From Anthoceros angustus (taxonomy: Eukaryota > Plantae > Anthocerotophyta), in contig MU008174.1 in NCBI GenBank assembly GCA_010909165.1, forward strand, positions 868,001 to 932,000: DNA of 64,000 bases. Reading direction: 5' to 3'. How positions within the stretch are numbered: position 1 is the first letter of the stretch; every line of letters starts with the position of its first letter. Below are positions 59,250 to 64,000 of the stretch, piece after piece. The position numbers and the translations under genes were made by a program. The notes under the pieces were generated by a model. That model saw only the letters and a list, made by a program, of their open reading frames with translations, was not told the origin of the DNA and made no database searches.

Positions 59250-60755
59250 TCATAAGTATGTGCCCATAGGGACATTATGAAGGAGGTTGTGAGCTATCAC
59301 ATCCCGCTGTTGCAGTGCAGATACCGGCGAGTTAGTCAGCTCTGCATACATTACATCATCTGCTATGTTGTAGGTAAGCTCAGGGTCAAAGCCTTCATCA
59401 TGCTGTTCGCAGACATTGTGGAGGACACAACAAGCACCAAGCACCGCCGGCAGTTCCTGCAATTTGACCTCTGACCTCCTCTGGAGAAAGCGCCAGCGTC
59501 CCTTAAGCCTTCCAAAAGCCCCCTCAGCAATCTTCTGTGCCTCTTTGATCTTCTCATTGAACGTGTGATGAGCCCACGTCATATTTTGGTGCATGTACGG
59601 AACCAAGAGCCAGTCCAAAAGCGGATACCCCGCACCACCCACGAGCCACATTCCTTTGAGCGAGCCATTATAACCCCGCTGAAACAAGGCAGATTTCTCC
59701 AACACCTGCGAGTCAGGCATGGATCCCGGCCAACCTATACATACATCGGTGAATGCCCCTTTGATGTCCACCACACCCTGCAATGTGATGGAGTAAGATG
59801 TCTTCTGATTGCGATCAGTGTGCCGCTTGTTGTAGTATGCTGCCACATTGATCTTAGGAGCAATGATGGGAATATGTGTGGTATACATTGACCCCACTAC
59901 ATTCTGTATCCCACAAACACCTTCATAGTCATGCATCACAGCCTGCAGTCGCTCTTCTGATGGCCACTGCACATACTTGGGAAGAAGCACATCATTGATG
60001 GCAGCACAGACTTCAAGGATGAGCTTGTGGCAGGTTGAGATACCGAGACCAAACCTTTTGGAAACCAGTCTCAGGGGCTCACCTGTTGCCAAACGCCAAA
60101 TGCAAACGGCTACCCGCTGCCTGACCGGAATGGCAGCACGTAGCATGGTGTCCTCCTTGGCCACCACAGACCTAAGTTCCTCGCATATCCTATCAAACGT
60201 ACTAGGACTCATCCTAAAGGCTCTGTGAAATTCCTCAACAGGAAACCCTGGATGACTGCACCTTTCCCACCATGCTTGCGAGCGAGTTTTGACCCACAGT
60301 CGACGTTGCACACTAGTCTGGGTAGAAATGGCTGCTCCAACTGCGGCTGCTGCCAACCGGGTCCGCTTGAACCTGCATCGCTCCAGCTCATCCAAATCCG
60401 CATACTCTTCTTGCAGCTGGCTATAGTACTCCATTAGGTCATTCATTCTCCGTCGGTGTTCCTCCTCCAGAAACTCCCATTCCAAGCGATACAGCCTCTC
60501 AATCTCCTCCTGCTCCTGCCTCCGTTGCTCTTCGTACAGCAGGAACATGAGCAACACCTTCAAGGTGGCCTTCTTGCGGCTCCTGGGACGCTTGCGCTGT
60601 ATCAAACCGTTCATGTCCAGCACCTCCGTGGTCAATTCCTTCCCCTGATCCTCATCCATCTGTCCCTCCAGCATGGCTGAAAAATCCAGAGCGCCTTGCA
60701 TGACTTCGGAGCCTTGGCAGGTCATCACCTCCTGGTCATGCAACACTTGATGCAT
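59250..60755 (-). CDS. Domesticated PIF/Harbinger-derived nuclease (HARBI1/ALP1-like, At5g12010-type), catalytically inactive
   Basis: Intact 501-aa ORF: RRLWVK, FRMSPSTFDRIC, RQRVAVCIWRLATG, GSMYTTHIPI, GWPGSMPD, GGAGYPLLDWLLVPY, EGAFGRLKGRW, CCVLHNVCE. The canonical IDGTH and GDSGY aspartates are replaced. Confidence 0.92.
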   Translation of the reverse strand: MHQVLHDQEVMTCQGSEVMQGALDFSAMLEGQMDEDQGKELTTEVLDMNGLIQRKRPRSRKKATLKVLLMFLLYEEQRRQEQEEIERLYRLEWEFLEEEHRRRMNDLMEYYSQLQEEYADLDELERCRFKRTRLAAAAVGAAISTQTSVQRRLWVKTRSQAWWERCSHPGFPVEEFHRAFRMSPSTFDRICEELRSVVAKEDTMLRAAIPVRQRVAVCIWRLATGEPLRLVSKRFGLGISTCHKLILEVCAAINDVLLPKYVQWPSEERLQAVMHDYEGVCGIQNVVGSMYTTHIPIIAPKINVAAYYNKRHTDRNQKTSYSITLQGVVDIKGAFTDVCIGWPGSMPDSQVLEKSALFQRGYNGSLKGMWLVGGAGYPLLDWLLVPYMHQNMTWAHHTFNEKIKEAQKIAEGAFGRLKGRWRFLQRRSEVKLQELPAVLGACCVLHNVCEQHDEGFDPELTYNIADDVMYAELTNSPVSALQQRDVIAHNLLHNVPMGTYL

Positions 60756-61382
60756 TTCCCTCCGTTCCTCGGCAACACAAGAGCGAATGCGGGTTGTCTG
60801 CCGGGAACTCTGCCACTAGCTCAAATGGTCGAGTATCACCAGCACCTGGTGCGGTATGGTTTCATCCATCTGCAGGCAAGGAAACTACATGCTTTTCATC
60901 ACCAAATCATCTCGGCCGCACCTGACTCTCGTTAGCTACTGAGGGGATGCCTTCATGTCGTGAGACGGGGCATCGATCCTTCGCTTGAATCATGTCTTAC
61001 AGGTTCTGCCCATGCAATCTCTGCTCGTTCGGTCGCCTCCTTCTTGTCCGCCTGTCGGCATGAACTCAGGATTTCGTTGCCTGCATTATAAATCAAGCGT
61101 TGAACTTGTTTCAACCCTATTTCGGTAGACGACACTACACGACGCTTGGGAAACTTTGAAAAGTGAAGGTGCCAGAGGATACAAGAATATATGATAAATT
61201 TAATTAAATAAATATTATTTTTCTGAAAAGATCTACCGAGCCATGTCCAAGGTTTATAGGAAGGAGAAATGTGGATTATGGAGGCTATGTTCAAGAAATA
61301 ATGAATGTTGGTAATTGTTTTATATTTAAAATTTACATGATTTCACAATATTTAATTATTTATTGTTCATTGGAAGAAATAA

Positions 61383-61837
61383 TGTTAGTAGCAGTAGAAA
61401 CCTTAGTCTTAAGTTTCTACTCCTAGTCTCAGGATTTATTACTAATTAATGTGAGACTAGGGTTCCAAGTCTAGTGATAAACGTGAGACTCCGAGGGTTG
61501 CCTAGTCTCACGTTTATCATTAATTTAGACTTATTACCAAACGTGCCATAAATCCATGTGCCGCATTGCGAGATTTCCAACACTCCCCTTGATGCAAATA
61601 TGGATCTCTCAATCAACTACCTTAGTCTTAAGTTTCTACTCCTAGTCTCAGGGTTTATTACTAATTAATGTGAGACTAGGGTTCCAAGTCTAGTGATAAA
61701 CGTGAGACTCCGAGGGTTGCCTAGTCTCACGTTTATCATTAATTTAGACTTATTACCAAACGTGCCATAAATCCATGTGCCGCATTGCGAGATTTCCAAC
61801 ACTCCCCTTGATGCAAATATGGATCTCTCAATCAACT
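61383..61837 (-). mobile_element. Copia-type LTR (about 200 bp, TG...CA) plus polypurine tract, tandemly duplicated
   Basis: TGTTAG (61383) to TTCCAACA (61582) is followed by CTCCCCTTGA, which on the minus strand is PPT AGGGGAG then TGTTGG. A 219-bp unit is repeated from 61401 and 61620. Confidence 0.75.
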
Positions 61838-61985
61838 GGCATTTTGCAATGACATTAATCTTTAAATCTTCATTACATCCAGCAGTTAATTTTGATCAGC
61901 AAGTACATATATGTGATGGAGCATTGTTTGAGTTGACGGCTTAGACTTGGAAACTCCATGAGTAGGTGAGGTAAGTGAGGGAATT

Positions 61986-62113
61986 TAAGCTAGGAATAAC
62001 CTAATTCCGAATGAGCTTGATGGAGTAATGGACCGTGTCCAAAATCTAGTAAGCTAGGAATAACCTAATTCCGAATGAGCTTGATGGAGTAATGGACCGT
62101 GTCCAAAATCCAG
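61986..62113. repeat. 64-bp tandem duplication
   Basis: TAAGCTAGGAATAACCTAATTCCGAATGAGCTTGATGGAGTAATGGACCGTGTCCAAAATC at 61986 and 62050. Confidence 0.92.
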
Positions 62114-62659
62114 AAAAAAAGTGTAAATTGAAGATGCACTTAGCATAAGTGATTGGTTCTGAAAATATGGCTTGGTTCAGGGTTTAGAGTTCATGGATAT
62201 ATTCCTAAACTCTAAACTCTGAAAATATGGTTCTGAAAAATCCATAGAATCATGCATTTTCGGTTGTGATCCTTTGTGGTTGTTTATTTGCTAAGGCATC
62301 TTAAACAAGATTTGCTAAAGCACGACATTTTACTAATTGTCTGGGGATTCATTAGATTACATTCGGGTTAGAAAGAGGATTTGCTCGTCTCTGACACGTC
62401 CTATGGCTGCATATTCAGGTGGTATGTGGCGCAACTACTGAGCCGAGTGCTCTTATAAAAAGCCGCGACAGTCAAGCCAGGCTCTTGCTAGGTAATGCTC
62501 ACATCAGATCGCTCCTACTAGTGTGGTGGAGTATGACTTCGTCGAAGCCGAGAATATTAAGCATGTGCATAGTTTGTCGATATTGCCTCGTCCGAGAATT
62601 CATGGCACAACCTAGGTGACACTTACACCCGAGGGCTTGGGGAGAGAATACCTTCAACA

Positions 62660-62760
62660 ACATGAAGTAGATCCTGAGTATTAAGTGCAGTCTTCATCCA
62701 CTTGTGCCAAACTTCAAATTCATGCACTTGGACAATTTGAACAAGTGGTCCAGTTGATTT
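62660..62760 (-). mobile_element. Possible Copia gag N-terminal relic
   Basis: The minus-strand frame FEVWHKWMKTALNTQD resembles the gag NY..W...M...L motif, on the same strand as the LTR/PPT at 61.4 kb. Confidence 0.35.
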
Positions 62761-63052
62761 GATCTTTCTCTTGAAAGTCGATATTAACATTCATCATATT
62801 GATTATAGAAGCCCGGTGGTATTGATGGAGGTGGAAGAGGAGTTTAAGTACTAAAGTTAGAAGTGCAGACCGCGTTGGTTAGGGTTTGCTTAGCTTAACC
62901 CAGCGTGGTCATACCCTTTGGTATCTGCTACTGAAGAGGTACAACTCTTCAGACATAGGCTATGAAAGCCTATCTCTTGTAATCAAACGTTGTCAATCAG
63001 TAAAGCACTAATCTTTGATCAAAACTCACTTCCACAAATACCTTTTACAACT

Positions 63053-63064
63053 TGGTATCAGAGC
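63053..63064 (+). mobile_element. tRNA-iMet primer-binding site of an LTR retrotransposon (or pararetrovirus-like element) extending to the right
   Basis: TTTTACA-ACT-TGGTATCAGAGC: an LTR-like CA end, a 3-nt gap and the canonical PBS. Confidence 0.75.
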
Positions 63065-63359
63065 TCCTTGTTTCATAAGAAAAGGAAAAATGCACTACGA
63101 CATTGTTATTGTTGTGGTTATAGCTTACGCATTTCTTTGTAATGATAGATATACTTGTCCTTTAAAAATTATTAAATATATGGCTATATATTACACTAAC
63201 ATGTTTTTATCATTATAGCTTGAAATTGCTGTTTGTTCTAAATGGTTTGGTTATGCCTCCAACATCTCATATTCCTAGATAAATCTGGGTAGAACAATTC
63301 TTCTTAAGCTGCTAGGTATTCACTCTCTAGCACCTTTTTCATACTTCATTAGCAAGTCC

Positions 63360-63962
63360 TTGTCTTCTTATATTCTTCTTAATCCCTTGTTCACCTTATC
63401 TTCAATTATGGCTAGAAGACACAACAAGTCTTCCTCACATAGGAGATCACAAGATCGTCACCACAATGGTCGACATCATTCGTCTAGCAATTCTAGAAGA
63501 TCATCCACATCAAGGAATTATCAGCAACTAGGTCACATACTTGCTGGTGTCTTATCAATGTTCTTCAACAATCAACGAACAGAAAAAACAGCTTTGGACT
63601 CCTCCACCAATCCCTCTAGTTCAGAACATTATACTTATCATCCTCAAATACAATCCAACAAGCCTTGGTCGAGGAGCTCTAATTCTGATTTATTGAGGTA
63701 CTGTGGAGAGCACTTGAAGAGCACTAGTACTCGTCATCGAAACTCTCTTGTTTACACACCAGCTACGCCAGTTGCTTCTCATACCAGATCCTCGCCTTGC
63801 CGCAGTCATTCCAATGTTAGCAAAGCGTCTATGACTCACCAGAATCCAGCAAAGCAATGGTACTATGGAGATGGTAGTTTTGCTTCACCTCCTGCAAGAT
63901 CACTAACTGCCCCTTATCGTTCTTCCGAAGCCTTGGGGACCAAAGTTACATCAAATCATTAG
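63360..63962 (+). CDS. Unassigned 200-aa S/R/H-rich ORF downstream of the PBS (possible element-encoded ORF)
   Basis: Open frame in AT-rich DNA (MARRHNKSSSHRRSQDRHHNGRHH...); no recognised motif. Confidence 0.3.
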   Translation: MSSYILLNPLFTLSSIMARRHNKSSSHRRSQDRHHNGRHHSSSNSRRSSTSRNYQQLGHILAGVLSMFFNNQRTEKTALDSSTNPSSSEHYTYHPQIQSNKPWSRSSNSDLLRYCGEHLKSTSTRHRNSLVYTPATPVASHTRSSPCRSHSNVSKASMTHQNPAKQWYYGDGSFASPPARSLTAPYRSSEALGTKVTSNH

Positions 63963-64000
63963 GGGGATAGAACTGAATCACTAGGAGCCTATGTATCTAT

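Noticed and set aside
56934-60755. Active Harbinger transposon
   Set aside because: Catalytic residues are replaced, no TIR or TAA/TTA TSD was noticed, and both proteins match conserved host gene types.

Overview
Eukaryotic nuclear DNA from a non-seed land plant, most likely a hornwort. This is inferred from short introns and from PLS-class PPR genes with elongated L motifs and a WW-type PG box. Layout: (1) 1-7.2 kb: two head-to-head PLS-PPR genes and an 11-intron Cdc1/MPPE1-like metallophosphoesterase. (2) 7.2-41.8 kb: a birth-and-death tandem array with about 11 DUF674 loci in two subfamilies (3-4 intact). Interleaved are 3 near-intact copies plus relics of an unrecognised secreted 4-Cys/polyproline peptide gene, tRNA-Arg and tRNA-Ile genes (a second tRNA-Ile split by a LINE), RTE-like LINE pieces, minisatellites and PPR tail fragments. 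A third PPR gene closes the array. (3) 42-48 kb: a conserved uncharacterised plant gene and a DnaJ10-like gene. (4) 49-55 kb: a decayed CRE-clade non-LTR element and repeat-rich DNA. (5) 57-61 kb: a GT-3-like trihelix gene convergent with a catalytically dead Harbinger-derived nuclease gene. (6) 61-64 kb: LTR retrotransposon remnants. The best candidates for undescribed biology are the co-duplicated divergent DUF674 / Cys-rich peptide unit and the linked trihelix / Harbinger-nuclease pair. All family calls come from motif recognition by eye; no database search was run.
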